Virus record (IMG/VR): IMGVR_UViG_3300033463_000011
Span: 96,001-160,000 of that record
Length of the DNA stretch: 64,000 nucleotides
Source of the DNA: a virus
Taxonomy: Duplodnaviria; Caudoviricetes
Strand: one strand, 5' to 3'
In this document: piece by piece, positions 27,124 to 38,505 of the stretch
Layout of the letters: every line of letters starts with the position of its first letter
Position numbering within the stretch: the stretch's first letter is position 1
Position numbers and translations under genes: made by a program
Notes under the pieces: generated by a model
What the model saw: only the letters and a program-made list of their open reading frames with translations
Databases searched by the model: none
What the model was told of the DNA's origin: nothing

Positions 27124-30100
27124 ATGCCAAACAACAAGAACAACAATCAACAGCCACTTTCAAATAATGCAGATTTATTGCAGGATATGAGAGATTTATT
27201 TAGTGCAAATGACGATGATTATAGTGCACTAACTAAAGCGGTAAAAGACTTAACTGCTACTATTAAATCTACTGGAGATCCACGCAAAACATCTCAATCT
27301 ATATTTAATGATAGACGTAACGAGATGGAATACAGCCGTAATTCTAGAGCTAGAAGAGCGTCTGAATATAGGCATACTGGAAGTATCTTAGGCGATATTG
27401 AAGAAGGAATCAAGGATCAAATGCTTGATTCTCTTGCTGGCGGCGATTTTAAGAAAGGTATGCAATCTGCCTTATCTGAGTTCACAAAGAGGTTTGGATT
27501 TGAGCTTAAAGATTTACCTCATGAATATGGTAAGCATCTTGGAAGCAAGCTATTTGATTCTATTAAGAGCAGCAAATTAGGCAGCGATGTAACTAAGAGC
27601 CTTGAAAAAGGTATTTCTAAATATTTAGATAAAATCGGCGGAAGCGGTACTGGATCTTCTCTTGTTAGCGCATTTAAGAGCGGTTCAGGTTCAATGGCTT
27701 CTTCCGGTGGAGGCAAATTAGGTACACAGATTGCCGGTGGGGCTATGTCTCAGGGCGCCAATTACCAACAGCTTATGTCAGGTCTTGATAAGGTTGCTGG
27801 TAAAGCAGGCGTAATCGGCGCAGTTGTTGCTGTTCTTTACTTATTACTTAAACCTGCCTTAACTGGATTAGGTGATTTTCTTAAAAAATGGGTTAATGCT
27901 TGGTCAAAAGACGAAGACATGCGTAAGAAGCGGTTAGAAAACGCTCAAAAACGTGTTGAAGCTGACCTTGAATATCTTGCAAGAGAGCCATTTGAAATTC
28001 TCATGAAAGCCACTAAAGAGTGGTATGATGAATGGGATAAAAATCTTTCTAAGATATCGCTAACACAAGGATATACTAAAGAAGACGTATATGACTTGTA
28101 TTCCAGCATGTCCAGCAGGCTTATTGAAGAAGGCTTAGAGAAAGTAATTCCCGCAACTGATGTTATTGAAAAACTCAGTTCCATATTAGACACAGGACTC
28201 AGCGGACAGCTTGCAGAAGCATTTGCTTATGAAGCAACTAAGCTTAATGCAGCCATTCCTGGACAGGATTTTACTTCATATGCTTCAATATATGCTCAGT
28301 TAGCTTCAGAAGCTGTAAGTTATGGTGCAACTCAAGCAGAAGCAATTGATTATGCTAATGAACAATTAGAATTATTTGCAAGTAATCTCTTATATTCTAG
28401 CAGAACACTTACTGGCGGATTTACTACAGGATTAAAGAATGCAGAATCTTTATTCTCGAGTGCAGTAAACATTGCTCAAACTGCTAGAACATCAAATGCT
28501 GCACAGATATCAGGTACACTTACTTCAGTAGCTGCAGTAATTGGTGCAATTGCACCTGATCTTGCTTCTGGATTAGTCGAAAATGTAGTTAATGCAGCAA
28601 TTGGAGGAAATAGCGATACTATAGTTGCCCTCCGTTCCCTTGCAGGTATAAACGCAGGTAATACAGAGTTCTTAAACGCACTTGCAACAAATCCTCAAGC
28701 AGTATTTGTAAACATATTCCGTAGTTTATCGGCTATGCAGAATATGTCCCCTACAAATTACATGGAAGTTGCAGAAGGACTTTCATCTGTATTTGGTGTA
28801 GACATGAAAGCACTTGCACGAGTAGATTTTAACAATCTTGCAAATGCGGTTGCTGATATGTCTATTAACGCAAATTCGTTAAATGAAAATATGGCCCTTC
28901 TCGCAAGTGGAGAAGCAACAACTACTACAGAACAACTTAAGCTCCAGGAAATCAACAATGTAATTCTTGAAGAAGGTCTTGCTTACGTAATCGATAGCGA
29001 AGCAGGAAGAATGGTTCAAGAGCACATGTGGCAAGAGCAAATAGCTAATGAACTTGCCAATAATCAATATGCAGTCGATTTAACTGGTGCTTCGTTAGCA
29101 TTAATTGAAGGACTTAGACATTCAGTTGCTAATATACTTAATTTCTTAAATCCTATTGCGTATCTTGCAAAAGGCGTTAGTAATCTATCTAAAGTAAACG
29201 CTCAAACAAAAAATGTTAACGCAGATTTGCAAACAATACTTACTGCAGGTGCTGTTGGTTCTAACTATACCGCACTTAGTAATTTGCTAACTACAGGTAC
29301 GGATTTAGGATTAGTTAAACCGCTTGCTGAATTGATGGTAGGTTCTTCGGCTAATAGTTCATACTGGTCTACTACTGATGTTATTAATAATAATCCGCTA
29401 TCTTGGGCATTAGGAAAAATATTTGGAACTGATGTAGCTAAATATAATCCAACTAATTATGTTAGTGGCGATTTCTTTAACTATTTAGTAGATTCAGGTG
29501 GAGGATCAGCTGCATTTGCAAGTAGGCACGATATGGGATATCGTAATAGCATACCATATTCCGGTCTAGGTGGAAATGCTAGTTATGGATCACTCTATTC
29601 TGGATTTACTGTAGGAAAATCTGCACTTAATCATTCAGCTGCATTTACATTACTTCCTGCAGTCGTTAGACAAGTAACTGCAGGAGCAACTCAAGCTGCT
29701 TTAGCTGCATCTAACAAACAGATGGAAGCTTATTTAGCTGCTGCAGAAGAATTTGCAAAAACAGGCACTTGGAATGATTATCTTGCTGCAGCAAGAGATT
29801 TTGGAATTGCTGATGCTGAAGCCGTATTTGAAGAATATGGCGGAACAGAAGCAGTAAGAAATTACTTTGAACAACAACAAGGTCGTGCGGGTGCACTAAA
29901 AGAGAATGAATGGAGAACTAATCAAGAAAACTTCTTAGCTGAAAATAGAAGATTCTGGGATTATGCTAATGGTACAAACGGATTATTTAATACATCTATT
30001 TGGTCACCATTTGTTAAAGACGAATTCAAACCATTCTTTGATAATGAAGGCAGATTTGATAAGCGGATAGATGCAATAGATGCCGCACTAGCAGGTATTA

Positions 30101-30531
30101 ATACTAGATTAGGCGACCCTAAAGAATTTACAGTAATAAGTGCACTGTCACTGCTTAATCAAAATATCAAAGCAACATTTGTTGATACTAGCAGTACATT
30201 CCAGCAGTGCTTAGCAGATTGGATAAGATATATCGCTGCATCAAAGAAGTACTCGGAAACAACAAGCACTGCCGCAGCTTGGAATGAATTAAAACAAGCA
30301 GAAGGCGATGCTAAAAATGAAACATTGTTAGCACTCGCAAATGCAATGAAAGCATTTACTGAAGATGAGCTCAAGACAATGGATCCTCAGCTGCAAACAA
30401 ACGTATTGTTAGGTAAGATTGTCATCATACTTGAAGCAATAATGCAGCAGAATAATTCACAAGTAGGCGGATTATCTCTCATTGATTCAATAAACGCATT
30501 GGCTTTAGGAATGACAACAACATCAACTTGA
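27124..30531 (+). CDS. Tape measure protein
   Basis: 1135 aa, Ala/Gly/Ser/Leu-rich and helical, with a hydrophobic segment; located after the chaperone and before baseplate genes. Confidence 0.8.
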   Translation: MPNNKNNNQQPLSNNADLLQDMRDLFSANDDDYSALTKAVKDLTATIKSTGDPRKTSQSIFNDRRNEMEYSRNSRARRASEYRHTGSILGDIEEGIKDQMLDSLAGGDFKKGMQSALSEFTKRFGFELKDLPHEYGKHLGSKLFDSIKSSKLGSDVTKSLEKGISKYLDKIGGSGTGSSLVSAFKSGSGSMASSGGGKLGTQIAGGAMSQGANYQQLMSGLDKVAGKAGVIGAVVAVLYLLLKPALTGLGDFLKKWVNAWSKDEDMRKKRLENAQKRVEADLEYLAREPFEILMKATKEWYDEWDKNLSKISLTQGYTKEDVYDLYSSMSSRLIEEGLEKVIPATDVIEKLSSILDTGLSGQLAEAFAYEATKLNAAIPGQDFTSYASIYAQLASEAVSYGATQAEAIDYANEQLELFASNLLYSSRTLTGGFTTGLKNAESLFSSAVNIAQTARTSNAAQISGTLTSVAAVIGAIAPDLASGLVENVVNAAIGGNSDTIVALRSLAGINAGNTEFLNALATNPQAVFVNIFRSLSAMQNMSPTNYMEVAEGLSSVFGVDMKALARVDFNNLANAVADMSINANSLNENMALLASGEATTTTEQLKLQEINNVILEEGLAYVIDSEAGRMVQEHMWQEQIANELANNQYAVDLTGASLALIEGLRHSVANILNFLNPIAYLAKGVSNLSKVNAQTKNVNADLQTILTAGAVGSNYTALSNLLTTGTDLGLVKPLAELMVGSSANSSYWSTTDVINNNPLSWALGKIFGTDVAKYNPTNYVSGDFFNYLVDSGGGSAAFASRHDMGYRNSIPYSGLGGNASYGSLYSGFTVGKSALNHSAAFTLLPAVVRQVTAGATQAALAASNKQMEAYLAAAEEFAKTGTWNDYLAAARDFGIADAEAVFEEYGGTEAVRNYFEQQQGRAGALKENEWRTNQENFLAENRRFWDYANGTNGLFNTSIWSPFVKDEFKPFFDNEGRFDKRIDAIDAALAGINTRLGDPKEFTVISALSLLNQNIKATFVDTSSTFQQCLADWIRYIAASKKYSETTSTAAAWNELKQAEGDAKNETLLALANAMKAFTEDELKTMDPQLQTNVLLGKIVIILEAIMQQNNSQVGGLSLIDSINALALGMTTTST

Positions 30532-30578
30532 TACCTTAAATAGTTATATATATATATAAGAATCTAGGAGGAGCATAA

Positions 30579-33464
30579 ATGCATTTTCCAACATTTACAG
30601 TAGCAACAACTAACATATTCCCTTTAAGTAATTCTACCAAAGGAGGTCAGTTAGTTACTGAATATAATCTTCGTTCCCGAGAAATGGTCGGAACAAATCC
30701 TGATGTAAAATATGAAATAGGTCCTTCGTATACTCACAGTATGGATGACTTCTTTGTATCACTGCTGTCAGGTATGGAAGCTGATGCTTATAACCCGACA
30801 TTATCATATTCAATTGGGCAGTACGTAACATATAATTCGTTTACGTATGCTTGTCAAGTAGCAATAGATGCTCCTGCAGGTCCTTTCGATGCAGATAAAT
30901 GGGTAGTCATTAATTCTTCATCTTGTATACTTCAAATAGCTCCTGGTAGAGCAGTTATTAATGGTCATTATGTAGAATCATTATCTCCTATGTCCATTGA
31001 TTTAACTTTAGCAAATGCACAACTTGCACGAAGCTATTCTGAAGCATTAACAGGCGAACTTAGCATTGGCATCAAAGCATACTATAGTACAGAAAGTACT
31101 ATGGCAGGAGCAATGCTTGCAGAAAACGAAGATAACACATATACAGGTATTCAGTTAGTCATTGAAAAGCGAGAGAACTTTAAAACTCCTTCAGACAGTA
31201 CAACGGATAGATCTGCAGTAACTGCTGATATTAAGTTAGCTGATTTTATCTATGTAGGTGGAATAATATCAGGTATCGTTCAGAATAAAGAAAAATTATC
31301 TTACATAGATCCTACAAGAATTGCAGATGTAGATAAAGTACTTGATGAAAACTTTGTGTCAAAAAAGAACCTTAACGCACAGAAGTTATATACATTTTCT
31401 GGTCAGGGCGGAGATTCCGATAAGTCTACTTGGTGTGATTCAACAGGAAGTTTGATGGTTTGGGACGCATATCCACAAATCATATCAACAAATCCTAATG
31501 AATCTATACCTCAAGCTACATTCTTGTCAACTGCTGATGGATATGTTCATTTAGCTATACCTCATCAGCAGATTGATTCTATGAAGAAAGATGGACAGTA
31601 TGCATATTACAATCTTAGAGACATTCAACTTCCTAAAGCTAATTATTTATCAGGAGCTCCAGGTACAGTAGATGCATCGTATACTCAAGTTATAAAGAAT
31701 CTTTCAGATAAAGTAAATAGTCTCAAACAATCTCCCGCAGGTAATATGGTCTTGTGGTTAGATGTAAAGGATTCTACATATGAAATGCCTACAATACCTG
31801 GAACATATAATAATGGAGATTATATATTTGTAAGAGAAGATACATCTGCAAGGATGTCTGAAGATGAGGGTGCTGCTCCTTCAACAATGTATAAAGTAAT
31901 TCCTGGAGTAGTAGCAAACATTGCATATTCACAAACATTACCTTCAGGAGTAAGATTAGGCGGCACCGCTGCAAAGGTCTATCAAATTACTGTTAATGAC
32001 CACCAATTAACTTTAACTGATTTAACTCATCTTGCGGATTGGTATGACGAATCTCATAGTTATTCTTCTAATGACTATGCAGCATACAATGGCGGATTAT
32101 ATATAGCTACTGGGTCGACTACTGGAGCGTGGGATCAGAGTAAGTGGACTAGAATATTTGATGAAGATGCCAATACACTATTTGGCTTCACATCATATAG
32201 AGGAACACTCAACGCAGATTATTTTGAAATTGATTTCTATGATTCTTCTGAAGCCCTTATCGGTACAGTCTATTACAAAGTAACAGGTTGCGGTCCTAGA
32301 GCTTGGTCAGATTATATCTTAGTAACTGGAGGTGTTCCTCTAGCAACTACTATTCAGGCAGGTGGATTCTATAATGTGGATTCAACTGCAACAGATGGTG
32401 GTTATGTAACATTAGACGAATCAGGAAGATTGAGGTTAATTGATTACGAGTTACTTCGTCAAGGAACACTTGCATACCAGTTAGGTGAAGATTTGACACT
32501 TCCTAGTAATGTAACTTCGGATACAGTACAAACGAATCTTGATCAGTATGTTAATGATCGCATTGCATTTCCATTTGATAGCACACTTACTGCAAACTCT
32601 CCTGTTATTAATATCTATATAACACTTCCTGCAGAAGAAGAAACAACCACAATAAACATATCTAACATTGATTCGAGATTTGGAACAGCTGTTTATTTAC
32701 ACTTCTTAGGAAATGCAAATTCTAATACAGTTGTAAACATCGTTAGTTGTGAAAAGATAAGAATTGATAGTAATATTGGAGGTAATCCGATAATAAACGT
32801 TATTCGTTGTGGAATATATTATGATGCAAGTGTATTTAACTATATTAGAACATGCGACATCCATAACACAAGAACCTCAGGATTTACAGGATTTAGCGAT
32901 ATTACATTATGGTATAACAAATTCACTTCTGAAGATGCTGATTTATCTATAAACGGTATGGAAGTATTGCAACCTGATGCTACAATGACTTCAGAAGAAA
33001 TTGCATTCTGGAATGAAGATAATCCAAATGACAATCATTATTCTTCAGCACTTAGAAGTATATCGTTTGATAGTAATGGAGACATGATTGGTTGCAGCTT
33101 ATATGTATCTAATGGTACAACTGCTACAAACATAACCACAGGTAAATCAATAATTGGAGGTACATTTAACTTACCTCAAGGTTCTGATTTAGTATATCCT
33201 ATTAAGTGTTTGGTTAAGCCGTTAAAGGTAACAGGTACATTTACTGCAGCATATCCAGTAGAAAATCAAAATTGGGTAGTTATTGCAACAAACTTTACAG
33301 CATTAACTGGTGTATACAATCCTGAAACTGATATAACATCTAACGGAACAATTGGATTCTATTCTGATACAAATCTTCTCAGTGCAGCAAATATAACAAT
33401 GGAGTCAATGGGATGTTGGGATTCTGATGAATATCATATCTTCTACGGAGGCAGCACAATCTGA
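30579..33464 (+). CDS. Virion structural protein (baseplate/fibre) with two CBM5/12-like modules
   Basis: YNPTLSYSIGQYVTYN...FDADKW and WYDESHSYSSNDYAAYNGGLY...WDQSKW; APGRAVING; beta-rich. Confidence 0.6.
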   Translation: MHFPTFTVATTNIFPLSNSTKGGQLVTEYNLRSREMVGTNPDVKYEIGPSYTHSMDDFFVSLLSGMEADAYNPTLSYSIGQYVTYNSFTYACQVAIDAPAGPFDADKWVVINSSSCILQIAPGRAVINGHYVESLSPMSIDLTLANAQLARSYSEALTGELSIGIKAYYSTESTMAGAMLAENEDNTYTGIQLVIEKRENFKTPSDSTTDRSAVTADIKLADFIYVGGIISGIVQNKEKLSYIDPTRIADVDKVLDENFVSKKNLNAQKLYTFSGQGGDSDKSTWCDSTGSLMVWDAYPQIISTNPNESIPQATFLSTADGYVHLAIPHQQIDSMKKDGQYAYYNLRDIQLPKANYLSGAPGTVDASYTQVIKNLSDKVNSLKQSPAGNMVLWLDVKDSTYEMPTIPGTYNNGDYIFVREDTSARMSEDEGAAPSTMYKVIPGVVANIAYSQTLPSGVRLGGTAAKVYQITVNDHQLTLTDLTHLADWYDESHSYSSNDYAAYNGGLYIATGSTTGAWDQSKWTRIFDEDANTLFGFTSYRGTLNADYFEIDFYDSSEALIGTVYYKVTGCGPRAWSDYILVTGGVPLATTIQAGGFYNVDSTATDGGYVTLDESGRLRLIDYELLRQGTLAYQLGEDLTLPSNVTSDTVQTNLDQYVNDRIAFPFDSTLTANSPVINIYITLPAEEETTTINISNIDSRFGTAVYLHFLGNANSNTVVNIVSCEKIRIDSNIGGNPIINVIRCGIYYDASVFNYIRTCDIHNTRTSGFTGFSDITLWYNKFTSEDADLSINGMEVLQPDATMTSEEIAFWNEDNPNDNHYSSALRSISFDSNGDMIGCSLYVSNGTTATNITTGKSIIGGTFNLPQGSDLVYPIKCLVKPLKVTGTFTAAYPVENQNWVVIATNFTALTGVYNPETDITSNGTIGFYSDTNLLSAANITMESMGCWDSDEYHIFYGGSTI

Positions 33465-34048
33465 TGTCATTAATACACGACATTATAAAGATAAAGTATT
33501 CTAAGTTAGGTTATCTTCCTGGATACCCTTATCATCTTATTTCTGATAAGGAGATGTTTGAAGCATTTATCTGTTTAGATTCTACAAATGAAGATCAACA
33601 AAATCAAGAGCACTTTTTCAATGACAATTATCCTAATCCGTTCTTAGAGCAAGATATAATGTACAATAGGTTGAATCAAAAAGGTGAGATAGTTGCTTCT
33701 GTTAGTCTTAAAGCAGAATATGAAAAACTTAAAACATACATAGTGACAACTATAAATAACTATCTTGAACATCAAGGTAAGGAAGATTCAGAAAATTATA
33801 TAATTCCTGATTGGATTTATACTTATATGTTAGGTGAAGTTGTATATAACAATTCAGAATACTTAGATATCTACGATACATTAGCGCTCTTAGGCGATAG
33901 TAATTTAGATAACAAATTTACTAATATAGCCTGTGCTCATTGTTACGCAACAAGTTTGAAGTATATATCTACATTGACATCAGGTATACGTCCTCCCACA
34001 GTATTTGGTGAACCACATGTTATAAAGCAACTTAGATTGGGGGCATAA
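33464..34048 (+). CDS. Hypothetical protein in the baseplate operon
   Basis: Coupled ORF, 194 aa. Confidence 0.75.
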   Translation: MSLIHDIIKIKYSKLGYLPGYPYHLISDKEMFEAFICLDSTNEDQQNQEHFFNDNYPNPFLEQDIMYNRLNQKGEIVASVSLKAEYEKLKTYIVTTINNYLEHQGKEDSENYIIPDWIYTYMLGEVVYNNSEYLDIYDTLALLGDSNLDNKFTNIACAHCYATSLKYISTLTSGIRPPTVFGEPHVIKQLRLGA

Positions 34049-34051
34049 CAT

Positions 34052-35050
34052 ATGAAATTTTTACAAATAACTCCACAAACTACATTGTCTGATTTAGCAG
34101 ATATGGTTGGAGAGAAAAATGTAGATTATGTTCTCAACGCTAACGGATTAAAAAGAACAGTAAATATTGGTTCTCAAGTATTTGGAAGAGATACTGAAGG
34201 TTCAACTGACGGCCAAACAAAATCAAATATTCTCAACACATTAGTTGCTAATTCGGATGCATATGAAAAAGCTGCATTAGGAACAGAAGCTGATTGGGTT
34301 TCGCTTTATAAATACGGAACTTTCTCAGATTGTTTGCTCATACCTGATGGAATCACACTTCCTTTATCGGACAACGTAATCGGAAACGGTGAGCCTGTAT
34401 CGACAGAATTGTATAATAAGATTAACACTTGGTTAAAAACTAATTCCGAAGTTGATCCTACATTTTTTGCAGAATACAGCGTAGTAGCTTCTGGCGCATA
34501 TGGTTCAACAAATTCAGGAATGATTAGACCGGATCCGTATCCTTGGGAATGGTTCACTTTACCTTGGGGAAAGATAAGCTTATATTCTTCTATATCCGGT
34601 GAGATGATAGATTTCCCTGTATACCCTGAAGAGATAAGCGATGGTTATACTGCAAATTATGACGAGATGCCCCAGATGATATATCAATATGAGCCTTGGC
34701 AAGTATATAAATCATCAGGCCCCAGAACCAATTCTTATACATTTCATATGCATAGAGATATGTGGACAGGAGATCACAGGGATGGATTAGCAAATGACTT
34801 GGTTAGATTTTGTGAAGCAAATTGCTTTCCTGAATACAATGGATCTGCTGTACATGCTCCTTTAGTTACATTTTATCTAAATTCTCAGAATCTTATAACA
34901 GGAGTTATGAAAGACTGTAAAGCAGATTGGACAGGTCCATTAGGGCTTGATGGATTTCAGCTAGAATTAAAATTAACTATAACAATAACTGAAGTTTCAC
35001 CAGAGCCGCTAAATTATACAACAGTAAGAAATAAGGGGTTGATTGAATGA
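34052..35050 (+). CDS. Baseplate/tube-initiator-like protein with N-terminal LysM-like region
   Basis: TTLSDLA...VLNANGL; FPVYPEEISDGYTANY...YKSSGPRTNSYTF; position after the tape measure gene. Confidence 0.55.
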   Translation: MKFLQITPQTTLSDLADMVGEKNVDYVLNANGLKRTVNIGSQVFGRDTEGSTDGQTKSNILNTLVANSDAYEKAALGTEADWVSLYKYGTFSDCLLIPDGITLPLSDNVIGNGEPVSTELYNKINTWLKTNSEVDPTFFAEYSVVASGAYGSTNSGMIRPDPYPWEWFTLPWGKISLYSSISGEMIDFPVYPEEISDGYTANYDEMPQMIYQYEPWQVYKSSGPRTNSYTFHMHRDMWTGDHRDGLANDLVRFCEANCFPEYNGSAVHAPLVTFYLNSQNLITGVMKDCKADWTGPLGLDGFQLELKLTITITEVSPEPLNYTTVRNKGLIE

Positions 35051-35475
35051 TACAGATAAACGATTTAACACAACCTTATAAAACATTAGAACACGAAGGT
35101 ATTGTATATTCTACTTGCAAAGAATTTAATAATATATGCAGATACAGAAACCTCCGTCAAGTAGTTCATTTGCCTAATTCTTCTGATAGATATATAACTC
35201 TTGAAACATCTAATCCGTTAGTTACAAATAACTTGCCGGTAGTATATCATGAAGTAGAGTTAATTGAGGAAAATAGATTAGACCTGATTGCTAATAAGTA
35301 CCTAGGTTCTCCAGAATACAGTTGGGTTATTGCATACTTCAACAGTATCGAAGATGGATATTCTGTAACTGCAGGACAAACAATAATAATTCCTAAATCA
35401 ATTACTGATTTATTTTCAGCAGGTGAAATACTTGCACCTATTAGTGCACTAAGACTTAACTTAGGAGAAGAATAA
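35047..35475 (+). CDS. Baseplate wedge protein, T4 gp53/LysM-like
   Basis: ENRLDLIANKYLGSPEYSWVIAYFN...GQTIIIP. Confidence 0.75.
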   Translation: MIQINDLTQPYKTLEHEGIVYSTCKEFNNICRYRNLRQVVHLPNSSDRYITLETSNPLVTNNLPVVYHEVELIEENRLDLIANKYLGSPEYSWVIAYFNSIEDGYSVTAGQTIIIPKSITDLFSAGEILAPISALRLNLGEE

Positions 35476-36923
35476 TGTATAAGCAGCCCTTTGTCTCATT
35501 TTGCTTAGCGGGCGTGTCGCTAACAGACTTTGGCTTAAAAATTCCGTCACCATTTTGTTCTCTTGAGCTAAGTAATTCTCAGATAACTTCATTTACATCA
35601 TGGACACTTACTGTAATAGTTGGCGGTGATGATGTTAAGAAATCTAACATTGCTGCATTTGAAGCATTGTTATACTCCGCAGCTCAAGATGCGAATAAAT
35701 ATCCAAGTTCTAGCGGTATTCCAGTATCATTCATGTTTGGATGGTTAAATAATGATGGCGGAATAGCCGAAAATGTAGCATACCAAGGTTTCACACTTAA
35801 ATTCAATGTATCTACTGATGGATTATTTATGAGATACACAGTAACTGGATACGCTGCAGTTGGATTTAAGTGGGCTATGCCTGTTTATAACATTCCTGCA
35901 GTTTGCGGTTGGGTTCAGCCCTCAGCATTAGTTGAAGCAATATATTGGGGTCTCAAGATGGACAGATACTATGACCTCGACATAGACCATAATGATGCAC
36001 CTACTATGGTTAATCACGGTCCGCTAACAACAAGTGCTACAGGATACATAAGAGGTAGCTATAGTATTCAAGATGATTATAATTCTTGGCCAGGTGCTTT
36101 GAAATTATCTAAATGTTATAATTTCACAAGAGATGCAGCAGGGCTTATGTATGGCTGCAGGAGTTTAAGTTGCTTAACAAACAACCTTACAATAACTCCA
36201 ATAGAATTTTATCTTAAAAAGAGTTTTGTTGATTCAACACCTCAATGCTCTTCTTTTGCATTCTGGGTAGACGAACCTACAATGACACGTAGAGGAGTAT
36301 ATCATTATAAGAGTAACGCAGGATTATCAACATTACATAATTCAGAAACTCTTGAATACGGAACAGCAAATACTAACATATTATCTATAAACGGAAGCTA
36401 CAATGGCGTTGCTTACAATATGGTTAATATGTCTTTCTCTGATGTAGGTTTCGCAGTAGATGGTAGCGGTAACACTATTGTTCATGATACAAAAGTAGTT
36501 AACAGTTGGTCTGCAACTCTTGCAGATGTATTCCAAACTGCTAATATCATCAATGATGTAAACGCATTAGCATCTCAATTTTCTGGAGATTTTACTATTG
36601 TAATTCCTGGAAATGTTAAACAATACACGATAGCACAGCCTGTATCGTTATTAGTAATGTCAGGAAATACTATTTCACCTATTACAGGAATATACAATGT
36701 AGTATCTGTAACTCATAGTATTTCTAATCAATTTACTACAACATTAAAAGTGCAGAGGCTAGTTATGAGTGATGCTAATACAGTTGCATCTTCGCAAGGT
36801 ATAACCATAGGTAACAGGGCAGGATACAATTCTTATTCATACACTCAAACCAGTAATATCATATCTCCAGGATATGTATATTTTGGTAACATGTGGCCGA
36901 CATTTGAGGAAACACCAGGATGA
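35475..36923 (+). CDS. Baseplate hub protein (gp27/gpD-like)
   Basis: C-terminal GIYNVVSVTHSISNQFTTTLKV; gene order. Confidence 0.6.
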   Translation: MYKQPFVSFCLAGVSLTDFGLKIPSPFCSLELSNSQITSFTSWTLTVIVGGDDVKKSNIAAFEALLYSAAQDANKYPSSSGIPVSFMFGWLNNDGGIAENVAYQGFTLKFNVSTDGLFMRYTVTGYAAVGFKWAMPVYNIPAVCGWVQPSALVEAIYWGLKMDRYYDLDIDHNDAPTMVNHGPLTTSATGYIRGSYSIQDDYNSWPGALKLSKCYNFTRDAAGLMYGCRSLSCLTNNLTITPIEFYLKKSFVDSTPQCSSFAFWVDEPTMTRRGVYHYKSNAGLSTLHNSETLEYGTANTNILSINGSYNGVAYNMVNMSFSDVGFAVDGSGNTIVHDTKVVNSWSATLADVFQTANIINDVNALASQFSGDFTIVIPGNVKQYTIAQPVSLLVMSGNTISPITGIYNVVSVTHSISNQFTTTLKVQRLVMSDANTVASSQGITIGNRAGYNSYSYTQTSNIISPGYVYFGNMWPTFEETPG

Positions 36924-37354
36924 TATATAACGTATTAACAACATTAACAGGATTGCAGGTAACTGATACTCGCAATATAATTGACCAAGGATTTTTGGGA
37001 AATGATACAAAAACAGCTAACTGCAAGATAAATACTTTTGAAGTACATAGTATATCTAGCGGTACTGTTATATCTATAGATAGAGATGATAAGTATGCTT
37101 ATTGGCATGTAACTGTAGAAGTAAATTCTAAACGGTGGATCAGATATTGTTGTTTAGCTTCGTTCAAAGTTAAAGTAGGCGATGTAATCAACAAAGGCGA
37201 TTTTATTGGATATGGCTACAGAGGTACAATGCGATTTGAGTATTGCACAGATTCCTTATCTCAGTTTCCTGTAAGATTAGTATCTCGCACAATGTATAAA
37301 CAAGACCCTACTCCTATATTATTTGAGCAAGAGGATGTTGAGGAGGTGTTCTAA
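36920..37354 (+). CDS. Degenerate M23 peptidase-like protein
   Basis: HSISSGTVI...VKVGDVINKGDFIG...MRFEY; no HxH metal ligands seen. Confidence 0.5.
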   Translation: MIYNVLTTLTGLQVTDTRNIIDQGFLGNDTKTANCKINTFEVHSISSGTVISIDRDDKYAYWHVTVEVNSKRWIRYCCLASFKVKVGDVINKGDFIGYGYRGTMRFEYCTDSLSQFPVRLVSRTMYKQDPTPILFEQEDVEEVF

Positions 37355-38505
37355 TGCCTCAAACAAATAGTTGGCTTTGTTTATATGCTATATGTCAATT
37401 AGGTAGACCTTATTGGTTTGCTACTTCTGGACAAATTTCAACTAAATCTCTATATGCTGATACAGTTAAACCTGCACTGTTGAGTCAAGGATATCTTCCT
37501 TATAACAATTATGAATATCAATTAGGTGTAAAAGTACATGATTGTTCTGGATTGATTGGAGGAGCATTAACTTGTGAAGGAGTAGACAAACCTCCCACAT
37601 TGCGAAATCCCTTAAAGAATCAGTACTCAATGTTTAATGCTGATTGTTCTAATCATTCTAACAACATAAAAGCATTTCCGCATATTCCAGGAACTCTAGT
37701 ATTTCATAGCAACGGCAGCAGTAAAACTCATGTAGGTATTTATGTTGGCGATTTTGTTGACCTTGACGGCAAAGAGCATATTGAAGAAGTAGTAGAAGCA
37801 ATGGGACACGATTGGGGTGTAACTACTACTAAGTTATCTAACAGTAAGTGGGATTCTTGGGGTCAGTTAGATTGTTGCACAATAGATACGATTAAAGGCC
37901 AGAAATTTGACGCAAGAACAATGACATCTTCTAGAGGTCCTGTTCAAATAAACGTAGAAGCAACTAAGCCTTTTGTGGTAACTCCTTCTCCGCAATTTAA
38001 TCAAACAATTGATTATAGTAAACTTAAAGAAGCTAGAGTTAGTGCAATGATGTTTTTCGGCGGAGAGCTATTTAGTTCATCTCATGAAAAGAAAACATAT
38101 GTTAATCCTAATTTAACTAAACTCGTGCAAGATTGTAATTCTGCAGGTTTGCCTTATGCGTTATATGTAAACGTGAGAGCAAAAGGTGCAATAGACGCTG
38201 ATGCAGAATGCAAGACCTTGTATTATGTTCTTGCACAATTTCCTCCGAAATTAGGTATATGGTTATCATTACAATTTAATAATTCTATAGAATTAAATAA
38301 TCAGATTCTAGAAATATACTACAGATATTTTGAGCAATGGGGAGTTAGTGCTAAGTGTGGTCTATATGTAACTCCAGAACAGCTCAAATTAATAGATTGG
38401 CGTAATTTTGAAAGCCGATTTTATTTATGGATGATTCAAGATATGCCTGTAACTAATGTTGACGACGAATTATTAACACCTGAAATGTTTGAGGTGCCTG
38501 ATTGA
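37354..38505 (+). CDS. NlpC/P60 peptidase plus GH25-like domain, virion-associated hydrolase
   Basis: LGRPYW, HDCSGLI, PGTLVF, HVGIYVG, VEAMG; C-terminal IDYSKLK...AGLPYALY...CGLY resembles a GH25 barrel. Confidence 0.7.
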   Translation: MPQTNSWLCLYAICQLGRPYWFATSGQISTKSLYADTVKPALLSQGYLPYNNYEYQLGVKVHDCSGLIGGALTCEGVDKPPTLRNPLKNQYSMFNADCSNHSNNIKAFPHIPGTLVFHSNGSSKTHVGIYVGDFVDLDGKEHIEEVVEAMGHDWGVTTTKLSNSKWDSWGQLDCCTIDTIKGQKFDARTMTSSRGPVQINVEATKPFVVTPSPQFNQTIDYSKLKEARVSAMMFFGGELFSSSHEKKTYVNPNLTKLVQDCNSAGLPYALYVNVRAKGAIDADAECKTLYYVLAQFPPKLGIWLSLQFNNSIELNNQILEIYYRYFEQWGVSAKCGLYVTPEQLKLIDWRNFESRFYLWMIQDMPVTNVDDELLTPEMFEVPD